Assembly: GCA_947483975.1 (NCBI GenBank)
Contig: CANKOL010000012.1
Location: 1 to 33,906 of the forward strand
Source: Sandaracinaceae bacterium
Lineage (GTDB): Bacteria; Myxococcota_A; Polyangia; Polyangiales; JADJQN01
Reading direction: 5' to 3'
Length of the DNA: 33,906 nt
Positions 18,857-27,243 of this stretch are shown piece after piece. The notes under the pieces were generated by a model. That model was not told the DNA's origin, made no database searches, and saw only the letters and a program-made list of their open reading frames with translations. The translations under genes were made by a program, and so were the position numbers. Each line of letters starts with the position of its first letter. The stretch's first letter is position 1.

Positions 18857-19639
18857 TCAGCCGCCCGTGAACACCGCGGGCCGCTTGGCGAGGAAGGCGG
18901 TCATGCCCTCCTTTTGATCCGCCGACCTGAAGCAGCCGGCGAACGCCTCGACCTCGAGCTTGTTCGCGTGAGGCAGCGGCATCATCTCGCCCTCGCGGAT
19001 CACGCGCTTGCACGCGGCGACCGCGAGGGGCCCCATCTCGGCGATGGTGCGCGCCATCTCGTACGTCTTCGGCAGCAGCTCGTCGTGCGGGAACACGCGG
19101 TTGACGAGCCCGATGCGCAGCGCCTCCTGCGCGTCGATGATCATCGCGCTGTACACGAGCTCCCGCGCCAGCCCGACGCCGACGCGGCGGAGCAGGCGCT
19201 GCGTGCCACCGAAGCCCGGGATGACGCCGAGCTTCACCTCGGGCTGCCCGAGCTTCGCCTTCTCGCTGGCGTAGGCGAAGTCGCACGCGAGCGCGAGCTC
19301 GCAACCACCGCCGAGCGCGAAGCCGTTGATGGCCGCGATCACCGGCACCGGCAGCGCCTCGAGCGCGCTGCCGAGCAGATGCCCCCGGACCGCGAACTCG
19401 TGGGCCTCCGCAGGCGTCATGCCCTGCATCGCTGCGATATCCGCGCCCGCGATGAAGGCCTTGCCCTCCCCCGTGAACACGACGCAGCGCAGCCCCGGTC
19501 CGTGCTGCGCGAGGTCCCCGACCGCGTCGAGGAGCTCAGTGATCACCTCGGGCGAGAGCGCGTTGAGCCGGTCCGGTCGCGCGACCGTGAGCGTCGCGAT
19601 CGGGCCCTCGTAGGTGAGCTTGACGAACTGGCGCGTCAC
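18857..19639 (-). CDS. crt: Enoyl-CoA hydratase (crotonase)
   Basis: Motifs RPDRLNAL, AFIAGADI, AAINGFALGGGCELALACD and GQPEVKLGVIPGFGGTQRL (both catalytic Glu present); GTG start overlaps the hbd stop (GTGA). Confidence 0.95.
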   Translation of the reverse strand: MTRQFVKLTYEGPIATLTVARPDRLNALSPEVITELLDAVGDLAQHGPGLRCVVFTGEGKAFIAGADIAAMQGMTPAEAHEFAVRGHLLGSALEALPVPVIAAINGFALGGGCELALACDFAYASEKAKLGQPEVKLGVIPGFGGTQRLLRRVGVGLARELVYSAMIIDAQEALRIGLVNRVFPHDELLPKTYEMARTIAEMGPLAVAACKRVIREGEMMPLPHANKLEVEAFAGCFRSADQKEGMTAFLAKRPAVFTGG

Positions 19640-20502
19640 GCCTTCTTCTCCGAATAGTCGTGGAAGCCGCGCCCCGACTTGCGCCCGAGCCAGCCTGCCG
19701 CGACGTAGTTCCGGAGGATCGTCGCGGGGCGATACTTGTCGTCGCCGAGCTCGCGGTGCAGCACCTCTGCGATCGAGAGCACCGTGTCGAGACCGATGAG
19801 ATCGGCGAGCTCGAGGGGACCCATCGGGTGATTGAGCCCGAGCTTGGCGCCCTGATCGATGTCGGCGGGCGTGCCGAGCCCCTCCTGGAGCACGTAGCAG
19901 GCCTCGTTCAGGAACGGGATCAGCATGCGGTTGACGATGAAGCCCGGCGCGTCCTTCGAGGTGATCAGCGTCTTGCCCATCTTGAGCGCGACCGCGCACG
20001 TCGCGTCGTACGTCGCGTCGCTCGTCTGCACGGCGCGCACGATCTCGACGAGCTTCATCACCGGGACGGGGTTCATGAAGTGCATGCCGACGACCTTGCC
20101 GGGACGCTTCACGGCGCCGGCGAGCTTGGTCAGCGAGATGGACGAGGTGTTGCTCGAGAGGATCGCGTCGGGCCCGAGCACGGCGTCCGCCTGCTGGAAG
20201 ATCTTCAGCTTGAGTTCGGTGACTTCCGTCGCGGCTTCGACGACGAGGTCGCACGGCGCGAGGTCCGCGTACGCGCCTGCGGGCGCGATGCGCGCCAGGA
20301 TTCCGTCGCGCGCTTCGCCGGCGAGCTTGCCGCGCTCGACCTGCTTCGCGAGGTCCTTGCCGATGCGCGCAATGCCCGCCTCGGCGAGCTCGCGCGTCGC
20401 ATCGAGCAGCTTCACCTCGTAGCCCGACTGCGCTGCGACCTGCGCGATGCCACGACCCATCTGCCCTGCGCCGATCACTCCGATAACCTTGATGTCCGAC
20501 AT
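19636..20502 (-). CDS. hbd: 3-hydroxybutyryl-CoA dehydrogenase
   Basis: Motifs GVIGAGQMGRGIA, VEAATE, SNTSSIS, GMHFMNP, PGFIVNR and HPMGPLELADLIGLD; SD GAGGTG upstream of ATG 20502. Confidence 0.96.
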   Translation of the reverse strand: MSDIKVIGVIGAGQMGRGIAQVAAQSGYEVKLLDATRELAEAGIARIGKDLAKQVERGKLAGEARDGILARIAPAGAYADLAPCDLVVEAATEVTELKLKIFQQADAVLGPDAILSSNTSSISLTKLAGAVKRPGKVVGMHFMNPVPVMKLVEIVRAVQTSDATYDATCAVALKMGKTLITSKDAPGFIVNRMLIPFLNEACYVLQEGLGTPADIDQGAKLGLNHPMGPLELADLIGLDTVLSIAEVLHRELGDDKYRPATILRNYVAAGWLGRKSGRGFHDYSEKKA

Positions 20503-20536
20503 GGATTCACCTCGAGCCCTCTCTCGGAGAGCGAAA

Positions 20537-22492
20537 TCAGCGTGCGCGTAGCCTGCGCGGCGCTTCGTAGCGCGCCCAGCGTTGCTCGTCCTCGCGGCGC
20601 AGGCGAACGCGCGCGGCATAGGCGCCGGGCTCGCCTCCGAGCGCTTGCTCGAGCTCCTCGACGTCCATGTAGAGCGCGTCGTCGGCGGTCTCGAGGATGC
20701 CCGTGTCGCAGAGCCGCTCACCCGCGATCACGGCCGCGGCGCGCATGCGGAGGAGCCCGAGGGCGAGCGCCTCGGCGACCTCCCCCTTGGCGTCGGCGAG
20801 GCCCGACAGCACCAGCGCGACCGCGCGCACCATCGCCTCTCGGCTACGCCCGAACGAGTGGGCGCGCGCCGTGTCACAGAGCCGCCGCACCGCGGCCCGA
20901 CGCGCCTCTTCTCGGAGTTCGTGCTCCCCCGGCAGCACGGCCGAGGCGAACGGCGTGAACGCGCGCGCGGCGGCCGTGCCCACGACGGGCAGCGCGGCGT
21001 CGAGCGTCGCGTCGGACTCCCCGTAGGCGCGGGGCGTGACGTCGAGCCCGAGCGGTCGCACGTCGGCGACGGCGCGGCGCGTCTCATCCCACTGACGACG
21101 CAGCGCCGCAGGCAGCGCTCCCACAGGCGTCCCCGGACGAATACCCGCTTCGCTGAGCTTCACGGCGAGCTGCTCGATGCGCTCGTGCGCACGGCGACGC
21201 TCGCGGGTAGCCCGCGGAGCAGCGAGCGCGATGTACGCGTCGCGCGGGAGGTCGCCGGCCGCAGCCTCGATCGCGGGCAGCGCCGCGAGAGTGGCGATGC
21301 GGGCGCGATCGAGCAGGACGAGCGCGTCGATGGCGAGCCGCTGCCGCTCGCGCACCTGAGTGACGAGGGCCCCGTCGTCGAGCCCGTGCAGCGCGACGCC
21401 GTCCAGCTTGGCGAGCCGACCGCTCAGCTCGCTCGTGAAGCGTCGGGCGGCTGCGAGCGGTGCAGCGACGTCCCCGGCGACGCGCGCGGCGTTGCGACCC
21501 GCGCGCGCCAAAGGCGAGCCCTGCGACGCCCCGAGCGCACCCCCGGCGGACGTCGCGCCGTCGATGCGCTTGTACGGCCGAGCGAAGACTCGACGCACGC
21601 GCGGCTCATCGGCGGCGGCATCGTCGCGGCCGAGCGCCTTGTCGACCGCGTCGACCGCGAGCGGCGCCACGGTGCCCTCGTCCTCGGCCATCAGCGCGAC
21701 GCGACGATACGCTGCGGCGGTGAAGCGCGGGGCCAGCGCGAGCTCGCGCACGGCCGCGACGTACAAGCGCTCTTGAGCCACGATCCACCGCACCTCGACG
21801 GCGCGGCCGAGCACGAGCTGCGCGCGGTCCACGAGATCTGCGGCGCGCGCCGCGAGGTCATCGTGAAGCGGAGGCTCGCCTTGCGAGGCAAAGCGCATCG
21901 TCCGTCGGTCCACGAGCCAAGGCCGCGCGCCCTCGGTCCACACGGAGACCATGTCGGGGTCCCCGTCGCGCGGCTCCGCGCTCGCGGCAAAGCCGCAGGT
22001 CACGTCGTGCGCCGGGTCGTCGGCCGCGCCGACGCCGAGCGCCACGATGCGGACGTAGACGCCCTCGAGCGCGCCGGGACGTCCATCGAGCGTGCCGAGC
22101 GAGCGCCCGAGCGAGCGCGACAACGCGCGCGCAGCCTCGCTCGCGCCCTCGGGATCCCGGACGTCGGCGAGGTGCGGAAAGTCGCGCCCGAAGCGTGACT
22201 GCGCGGCGCGCGACGCGAACCAAGGGCCGACCCGAAGCCGGGGCGCGGGGCCGACGGTCGACGCGCTCGAGAGCGCCTCGTTCAGCACCGCCACCAGCAG
22301 GTCGACCCACCCGTCGTCGCGCCCGCACGGCACGAGCCACCCGGGAGCGATCGGGACCCCCGCATCGGCGAGGCGCGCGAGCCACTCGGCCTCTGCGCCG
22401 AGCGTGGCGGCATCGCTCTCGGTGACGGACGGCAGCCAGCGCACTCCGGGGAGGAGCGTGCCCGGAGGAGCCGCTGGCGACTGGCGCGTCAT
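20537..22492 (-). CDS. Degenerate PEP-synthase / rifampin-phosphotransferase-like protein lacking the phospho-His domain
   Basis: 651-aa ORF with eroded PPDK_N-type motifs ([55 protein letters not shown]) and an RPH-type helical C-terminus ([24 protein letters not shown]...RRED..W..YEAPRRL). The ORF is solid; the family call is by eye. Confidence 0.72.
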   Translation of the reverse strand: MTRQSPAAPPGTLLPGVRWLPSVTESDAATLGAEAEWLARLADAGVPIAPGWLVPCGRDDGWVDLLVAVLNEALSSASTVGPAPRLRVGPWFASRAAQSRFGRDFPHLADVRDPEGASEAARALSRSLGRSLGTLDGRPGALEGVYVRIVALGVGAADDPAHDVTCGFAASAEPRDGDPDMVSVWTEGARPWLVDRRTMRFASQGEPPLHDDLAARAADLVDRAQLVLGRAVEVRWIVAQERLYVAAVRELALAPRFTAAAYRRVALMAEDEGTVAPLAVDAVDKALGRDDAAADEPRVRRVFARPYKRIDGATSAGGALGASQGSPLARAGRNAARVAGDVAAPLAAARRFTSELSGRLAKLDGVALHGLDDGALVTQVRERQRLAIDALVLLDRARIATLAALPAIEAAAGDLPRDAYIALAAPRATRERRRAHERIEQLAVKLSEAGIRPGTPVGALPAALRRQWDETRRAVADVRPLGLDVTPRAYGESDATLDAALPVVGTAAARAFTPFASAVLPGEHELREEARRAAVRRLCDTARAHSFGRSREAMVRAVALVLSGLADAKGEVAEALALGLLRMRAAAVIAGERLCDTGILETADDALYMDVEELEQALGGEPGAYAARVRLRREDEQRWARYEAPRRLRAR

Positions 22493-22546
22493 TCGGGAGG
22501 CTAACCTAGCCCGGAAGCGCCGGGCCGGGCCAGAGGTTCGCGAGCG

Positions 22547-23725
22547 CTACGCGCGCTCGATGAGCACCGCGACGGCTTCGCCGCCACCGATGCAGAGCGT
22601 GGCCAGCCCGCGCTTGGCGTTGCGGTCCTCGAGCGCGTGCAACAGCGTCACCAGGACGCGCGCGCCGCTCGCGCCGATCGGGTGGCCGAGCGCGACCGCG
22701 CCGCCCCGCACGTTGACCTTCGCGTGATCGAGGCCGAGCTTCTGCATCGCGACCATCGCGACGACCGCGAACGCCTCGTTGACCTCGTAGAGGTCGACGT
22801 CGGCCGCCGTCAAACCAGCGCGCGCGAGGGTCGCCTGCGTCGCGCCGACGGGCGCCGTCGTGAACCACTCTGGCGCCTGCGCGTGCCCGCCATACGCCGT
22901 GACGCGCGCGAGCGCAGTCAGGCCGTGACGCTTCACCGCCTCGCCGGACGCGAGGACGAGCGCCGCTGCGCCGTCGTTGATCTTCGACGCGTTGGCCGCG
23001 GTCACGGTGCCGTCCTTGCCGAACGCAGGGCGCAGCGTCGCCATCTTGTCGGCGTTCCCGCGCTTCGGCTCTTCGTCCTCGGTGACGACGACGTCGCCCT
23101 TGCGGCTGCTGACGGTGACCGCCGCGATCTCACGCTTGAACCCGCCCTCAGCCTGCGCCGCGAGCGCCCGGCGATAGCTCTCCTTTGCGAACTCGTCCTG
23201 CGCCTCGCGCGTGAAGCCGAGCTCCCGCGCGCAGAGGTCGCCCGCGTTGCCCATCGGGAAGTTGCCGTACGGGTCCCACAGGCCGTCGGCCATCATCGTG
23301 TCGATGATCTCGCCGTTGCCCATGCGGAAGCCGGAGCGCGCCTTCGGCAGGATGTACGGCGCGTTGGTCATCGACTCCATGCCGCCCGCGACGACGATCT
23401 CCGCGTCGCCGAGCAGGATCGACTTGGTGCCGAAGATCACGGCCTGCAGGCCCGAGCCGCACACCTTGCCGACCGTCGTCGCCGGGGTCTTGTCGAGCAC
23501 GCCGGCGTACTTGGCCGCCTGGCGCGCGGGCGCCTGGCCCACGCCTCCGGTCAGGACGTTGCCCATGAACGTCTCGTCCACGAGGTCGCCGCCGAGCTTC
23601 GCGCGCTCGAGCGCGGCCTTGATGGCGACGGCGCCGAGGCGCGGTGCAGTGACGTCCGAGAACACGCCCTGGAACGAGCCGATGGGCGTGCGAGCCGAGC
23701 CGACGATGAACACTTCACGAGCCAT
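22547..23725 (-). CDS. atoB: Acetyl-CoA C-acetyltransferase (thiolase)
   Basis: Motifs RTPIG, GQAPARQ, KVCGSG (catalytic Cys), [36 protein letters not shown] and LCIGGG; SD GGAGG upstream of ATG 23725. Confidence 0.96.
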   Translation of the reverse strand: MAREVFIVGSARTPIGSFQGVFSDVTAPRLGAVAIKAALERAKLGGDLVDETFMGNVLTGGVGQAPARQAAKYAGVLDKTPATTVGKVCGSGLQAVIFGTKSILLGDAEIVVAGGMESMTNAPYILPKARSGFRMGNGEIIDTMMADGLWDPYGNFPMGNAGDLCARELGFTREAQDEFAKESYRRALAAQAEGGFKREIAAVTVSSRKGDVVVTEDEEPKRGNADKMATLRPAFGKDGTVTAANASKINDGAAALVLASGEAVKRHGLTALARVTAYGGHAQAPEWFTTAPVGATQATLARAGLTAADVDLYEVNEAFAVVAMVAMQKLGLDHAKVNVRGGAVALGHPIGASGARVLVTLLHALEDRNAKRGLATLCIGGGEAVAVLIERA

Positions 23726-23869
23726 GGTGAGCCTCCTCTGGGCGCGGCGCGCGGAGGGCGCAGACCGCTGCACCGCGCCTCTTTGCCGCGCTCGCCGCGG
23801 GCTGTCAACCGTGGTCCGGCAGGTCCGCCGCGCCTGTTGACGCGGCGCATCCAGCGTCGCGCGACGGGC

Positions 23870-25879
23870 TCACATTCCGGCGTCGACAGCCCCCGCGTCG
23901 GCGTCTCCGCCATCGGTCGCGCCGGCATCTCGTCGCCCCCCATCGCCCGCGCCCGCGCCCGCGTCCACGGCGGCGAAGGGTTCGTCCGTGCACTCGAGCC
24001 GCGGCGGCCCCGCCGGCGCGAGCGGCAGCACCTCGGACCAAGCGAGCGCGTGCGCGCGGCGCGTCGTGGCGTCGGTCTCGAAGCCGCCGGTCACGAGCAA
24101 GCGGCGGCCCGGGAGCAGCGTTGCCGCGTGCCCCCAACGCGCGGCGCGGAGCGGCGCGAGCGGCGTGAACACCTGACCGCCCATGCCGTCGGCTTCCACG
24201 AGGCCGACCTGCGCCACGGACGCCAACCGGAGCCCGGCGACGGGCCCTGCGCCCCCCACGAGCACGACCCCGCCCGCCGTCGCCGTCGCCGTGTGGAAGA
24301 TGGTCGGGACGAAGTTCATCGGCAGCGTGACCGCCGCGGCCGTAGCCACCCCGAGCGGGTCGAGCGACACGACCGTCAGCGGACGATGCGGCGGATAGAG
24401 CGTCGTGATTCCGAGGTTGCAGTCCCTGCCGCCGACGAGCAGGCCGCCGGCGATAAGCACCTGGCGGGGCGCGAGGAGGGTCGCCGTGTGGAAGACCGTG
24501 GGCTCCGGCAGGTCGGTCGCCACCGCGGGCGGAGGTGGCGGATAGGCGCCGACGCAATCGAGCGTCGTGCCTCCCTGAATGGCGCGGGAGCCTCCACCGC
24601 GCGTCAGGACCTCGCCCGCAGCCGCGCGCGCCGCGACGTCGTCCGCTTCGTCGACCGATCCACCCCAGAGGAGCGCCGTCGTGCCGTCGACCGCGGTGAC
24701 CGTCGCGCCCATGCGCCGAGTCGCCAGGGCGGTCGAGGCGACCCCCGTCGCGACCTGCCCAGAGTCATCGAGCCAGAACGCCCGACCGACCGCCGCGAAG
24801 GTCGCCGTCGGCCCGGCCGGGGGCGCGACCGTGAAGGCGCCCGCGCCGAGCACGAGCACGGCCTCGTCATGCGTGCCCGCGTTCTCCGAGACCGCGAGAA
24901 AGCCAGTGTTGATCGCGTCGGGACTGTCGAGCGGATTCGCCTCGATTGCGACCGAACGAGTGCGCGGGTCGTAGGTGAGCAGGAGCGGGACGCCCGGTTG
25001 TACGTTCTCGGCGGGGACGATCGGCGTGCCGGTCGCGTTCGCGCTCTGGTTCGCATCGAGGAAGAGCGCCGCGCGATCGTCCGCTTCGTACCCGCCGTAG
25101 AGCGCGATGACGTACGGCCCAGCAGCGGGCCCAGGCAACAGCCGGGACGCGAAGAGCACGCGTCCCTTCCAGTCGAAGCTGCCCTTGCGCGTGACCGGCA
25201 TGATGCGCTGCAGGATGGGGTCGTAGACCTCTATGCCCGGCTGCAGCGTCGCGCCGCGCGCCGTCGGGACGCCCACGCCGTTGAGGTCGACATCCGTGCC
25301 GAAGACGCCGCCGTAGAGCAGCACCTGACCGCCCGGCAGCAGCGTCGCCGCATGGAGCGCGCGGGGCAGCGAAGCCCCCGCGGTGGTGCCCGGCGCGCAG
25401 CTCCACTGAGGTCCATCCGTGCCCGCGACGCGCTCGAGGCGCACGCGCACCTGCTCGCCCATCGTGATGTCGCGCGTCGTGCCCGTCGCGAACACCGCGC
25501 CGTCCTCCTGGTACGCCGTCACGCTCAGCTCGAGCGCGCCGCCCGACGCCCTCGTGTCGAACGAGAACACCGACGAGCGCTCCAGCCGCAGCACTCGCAC
25601 GCCCGCCGCGGCGTGGTCCGCCCCGGTGCGCAGGAGCGCGACCGGCTCGCAGGTCGTCGAGGTCCGCCGGCAGAGCTCGAACGCGAAGCACACCACGGTC
25701 GGCGGCAGGTCCTCCTCGGGCGCCGCCTCGCACCCGGCCGACGACACGGCCGCGAGCTCGACGGAAAGCGTGGCGAACTTGGAATCATCACCGCAACCCG
25801 AGACCGCGAACAACGCGGAGAGGAGCGTCAGCCGCGAGAGCAGGAGAAGAGAGAGAGAGCGCCGGGCACGAACGTTCAC
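23870..25879 (-). CDS. Kelch-repeat (galactose-oxidase-type beta-propeller) lipoprotein
   Basis: Signal peptide with lipobox-like AVSGC; repeats RALHAATLLPGGQVLLYGG, RRMGATVT..LLWGG, VFHTATLL..VLIAGG, IFHTAT..VLVGG and RWGHAATLLPGRRLLVTGG; DAG/DGG-rich tail; GTGA overlap with the meaB stop. Confidence 0.85.
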   Translation of the reverse strand: MNVRARRSLSLLLLSRLTLLSALFAVSGCGDDSKFATLSVELAAVSSAGCEAAPEEDLPPTVVCFAFELCRRTSTTCEPVALLRTGADHAAAGVRVLRLERSSVFSFDTRASGGALELSVTAYQEDGAVFATGTTRDITMGEQVRVRLERVAGTDGPQWSCAPGTTAGASLPRALHAATLLPGGQVLLYGGVFGTDVDLNGVGVPTARGATLQPGIEVYDPILQRIMPVTRKGSFDWKGRVLFASRLLPGPAAGPYVIALYGGYEADDRAALFLDANQSANATGTPIVPAENVQPGVPLLLTYDPRTRSVAIEANPLDSPDAINTGFLAVSENAGTHDEAVLVLGAGAFTVAPPAGPTATFAAVGRAFWLDDSGQVATGVASTALATRRMGATVTAVDGTTALLWGGSVDEADDVAARAAAGEVLTRGGGSRAIQGGTTLDCVGAYPPPPPAVATDLPEPTVFHTATLLAPRQVLIAGGLLVGGRDCNLGITTLYPPHRPLTVVSLDPLGVATAAAVTLPMNFVPTIFHTATATAGGVVLVGGAGPVAGLRLASVAQVGLVEADGMGGQVFTPLAPLRAARWGHAATLLPGRRLLVTGGFETDATTRRAHALAWSEVLPLAPAGPPRLECTDEPFAAVDAGAGAGDGGRRDAGATDGGDADAGAVDAGM

Positions 25880-26937
25880 GCAGAGCCTCCACCGAGGAGC
25901 ACGCGCACGAGCGCCTCGGACACAGTGTAGGGATCATCCTCGCGGCGCAGGAGCCGAGCGACGGCAGCCTCTTGCTGCTCGCCGACGCGCAGCGCCGCCT
26001 CCGTCAGCAGCGTGTCGCGGAAGATCGTGGCGAGCTCCTCGCGCGCACGCTCTTCACGTTTCCGCGCACCGTCCTGCGTCGTCTCGAGGTAGGTGCGGTG
26101 CGCATCGCACGCTGCGAACAGCGCGCCGATGTTGTCGTTCTTGACCGCGATGGTCTTCACGACCGGCGGCTCCCACGGCCCACCCGCCGCGCGCTCCTCC
26201 CGCGCGTACCGGTGCGCGTGACCTGCGGAGTGACTCGAGGCGCTCGCAGCCGCGACGGCCGTCTCGCGCGTCTGCGCCACCATCTGCTCGAGGTCGCGCA
26301 CGGTCGAGTCGGCGCCGTCACGGTCCGCCTTGTTGACGGCGAAGACATCCGCGACCTCCAGAATGCCCGCCTTGATCGCCTGAATATCGTCGCCCATCCC
26401 CGGCGCCATCACGACGATCGTCGTGTGCGCGAGGCGCGTGACCTCGAGCTCGTCCTGCCCGACGCCCACGGTCTCCACGAAGATGGTCTCGCAGCCATAC
26501 GCGTCGAGCACACGGATCACGTCCCCGGCGGACCGCGAGAGGCCACCGAGGTGCCCGCGCGTCGCGAGCGAGCGGATGAACACCTGGGGGTCGAGGAAGT
26601 GCCGCTGCATTCGGATGCGGTCACCGAGGATCGCGCCCCCGGTGAACGGGCTGGTCGGGTCGACCGCGACGACGCCGACGCGACGCCCGCGCTTGCGCTC
26701 GTGCTCGATCAGCCGATCCGTGAGCGTGCTCTTGCCGGCGCCCGGCGTGCCCGTGACACCGACGATCCACGCGCGCCCCGTGTGCGGATAGAGCACCTTC
26801 AAAAGGTCGAGGTAGCCGCTCGTGCGGTCATCGACGAGCCGCATCGCGCGCGCCGCCGCCCGCATCTCGCCCGCGAGCACGCGCGCAGCGAGGTCTTGAG
26901 GCGCTCGGTTGGCCACGGGGCGCTCGTCGGAAATCAC
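25876..26937 (-). CDS. meaB: Acyl-CoA mutase-associated GTPase MeaB/ArgK
   Basis: Motifs GVTGTPGAGKST, AVDPTSPFTGGAILGDRIRM, FIRSLATRGHLGGLS, VETVGVGQ, GDDIQAIKAGILE and VNKAD. Confidence 0.96.
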   Translation of the reverse strand: MISDERPVANRAPQDLAARVLAGEMRAAARAMRLVDDRTSGYLDLLKVLYPHTGRAWIVGVTGTPGAGKSTLTDRLIEHERKRGRRVGVVAVDPTSPFTGGAILGDRIRMQRHFLDPQVFIRSLATRGHLGGLSRSAGDVIRVLDAYGCETIFVETVGVGQDELEVTRLAHTTIVVMAPGMGDDIQAIKAGILEVADVFAVNKADRDGADSTVRDLEQMVAQTRETAVAAASASSHSAGHAHRYAREERAAGGPWEPPVVKTIAVKNDNIGALFAACDAHRTYLETTQDGARKREERAREELATIFRDTLLTEAALRVGEQQEAAVARLLRREDDPYTVSEALVRVLLGGGSA

Positions 26938-26943
26938 GGCCCC

Positions 26944-26952
26944 ACGCTAGCA
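26944..26952 (-). promoter_or_regulatory. Putative extended -10 promoter for meaB (leaderless transcript)
   Basis: Minus strand TGcTAGCGT, 6 nt upstream of GTG 26937; no SD; lies downstream of the tRNA terminator. Confidence 0.45.
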
Positions 26953-27010
26953 CGCCGCAGGCCCCAAATGGCGCCGCGCGAAGCCTCCGGGTCACTCGTC
27001 TCCACGGCGC

Positions 27011-27051
27011 CAAAACGAAACCGCCGCCGAGCGTTGAGGCTCGGCGGCGGT
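27011..27051 (-). terminator. Rho-independent terminator downstream of tRNA-Val
   Basis: Perfect 13-bp stem ACCGCCGCCGAGC (27020-32) / GCTCGGCGGCGGT (27039-51) with a 6-nt loop, followed on the minus strand by TTCGTTTTG. Confidence 0.88.
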
Positions 27052-27093
27052 CTTTGACCAGCGACTCGCTGGGTGTCCAGGAACTACCTGAAC

Positions 27094-27168
27094 TGGTGGG
27101 CAATGCTGGATTTGAACCAGCGACTTCCTCCGTGTGAAGAAGGCACTCTACCCCTGAGTTAATCGCCC
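27094..27168 (-). tRNA. tRNA-Val(CAC)
   Basis: Minus strand reads GGGCGAT-TA-ACTC AGGGGTA GAGT-G-CCTTC TT CAC AC GGAGG-AAGTC-GCTGG TTCAAAT CCAGC-ATTGCCC-A-CCA: full cloverleaf, anticodon CAC, encoded CCA, 75 nt. Confidence 0.98.
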
Positions 27169-27184
27169 TTGCTGCAGGAGCGCG

Positions 27185-27213
27185 TTTCTAGCAAGCGAGC
27201 CCTGGGCACGCAA
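27185..27213 (-). promoter_or_regulatory. Putative sigma70-type promoter of tRNA-Val
   Basis: TTGCGT (27213-08), 17-nt spacer ending TGc, TAGAAA (27190-85), then a GC-rich discriminator CGCGC; the -10 box lies 16 nt upstream of the mature tRNA. Confidence 0.55.
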
Positions 27214-27243
27214 GCTCGGAACGCGCTCCGTCGTCCGTTGTGC

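Noticed and set aside
22637..25930. 1097-aa plus-strand ORF (and likewise 27169-29475)
   Set aside because: Antisense to well-supported genes; Arg-rich translation with no recognisable motifs.
27011..27168. tRNA-Val as an integration site for an island or prophage
   Set aside because: I saw no integrase, no duplicated tRNA 3' end and no obvious compositional shift; housekeeping genes flank both sides.
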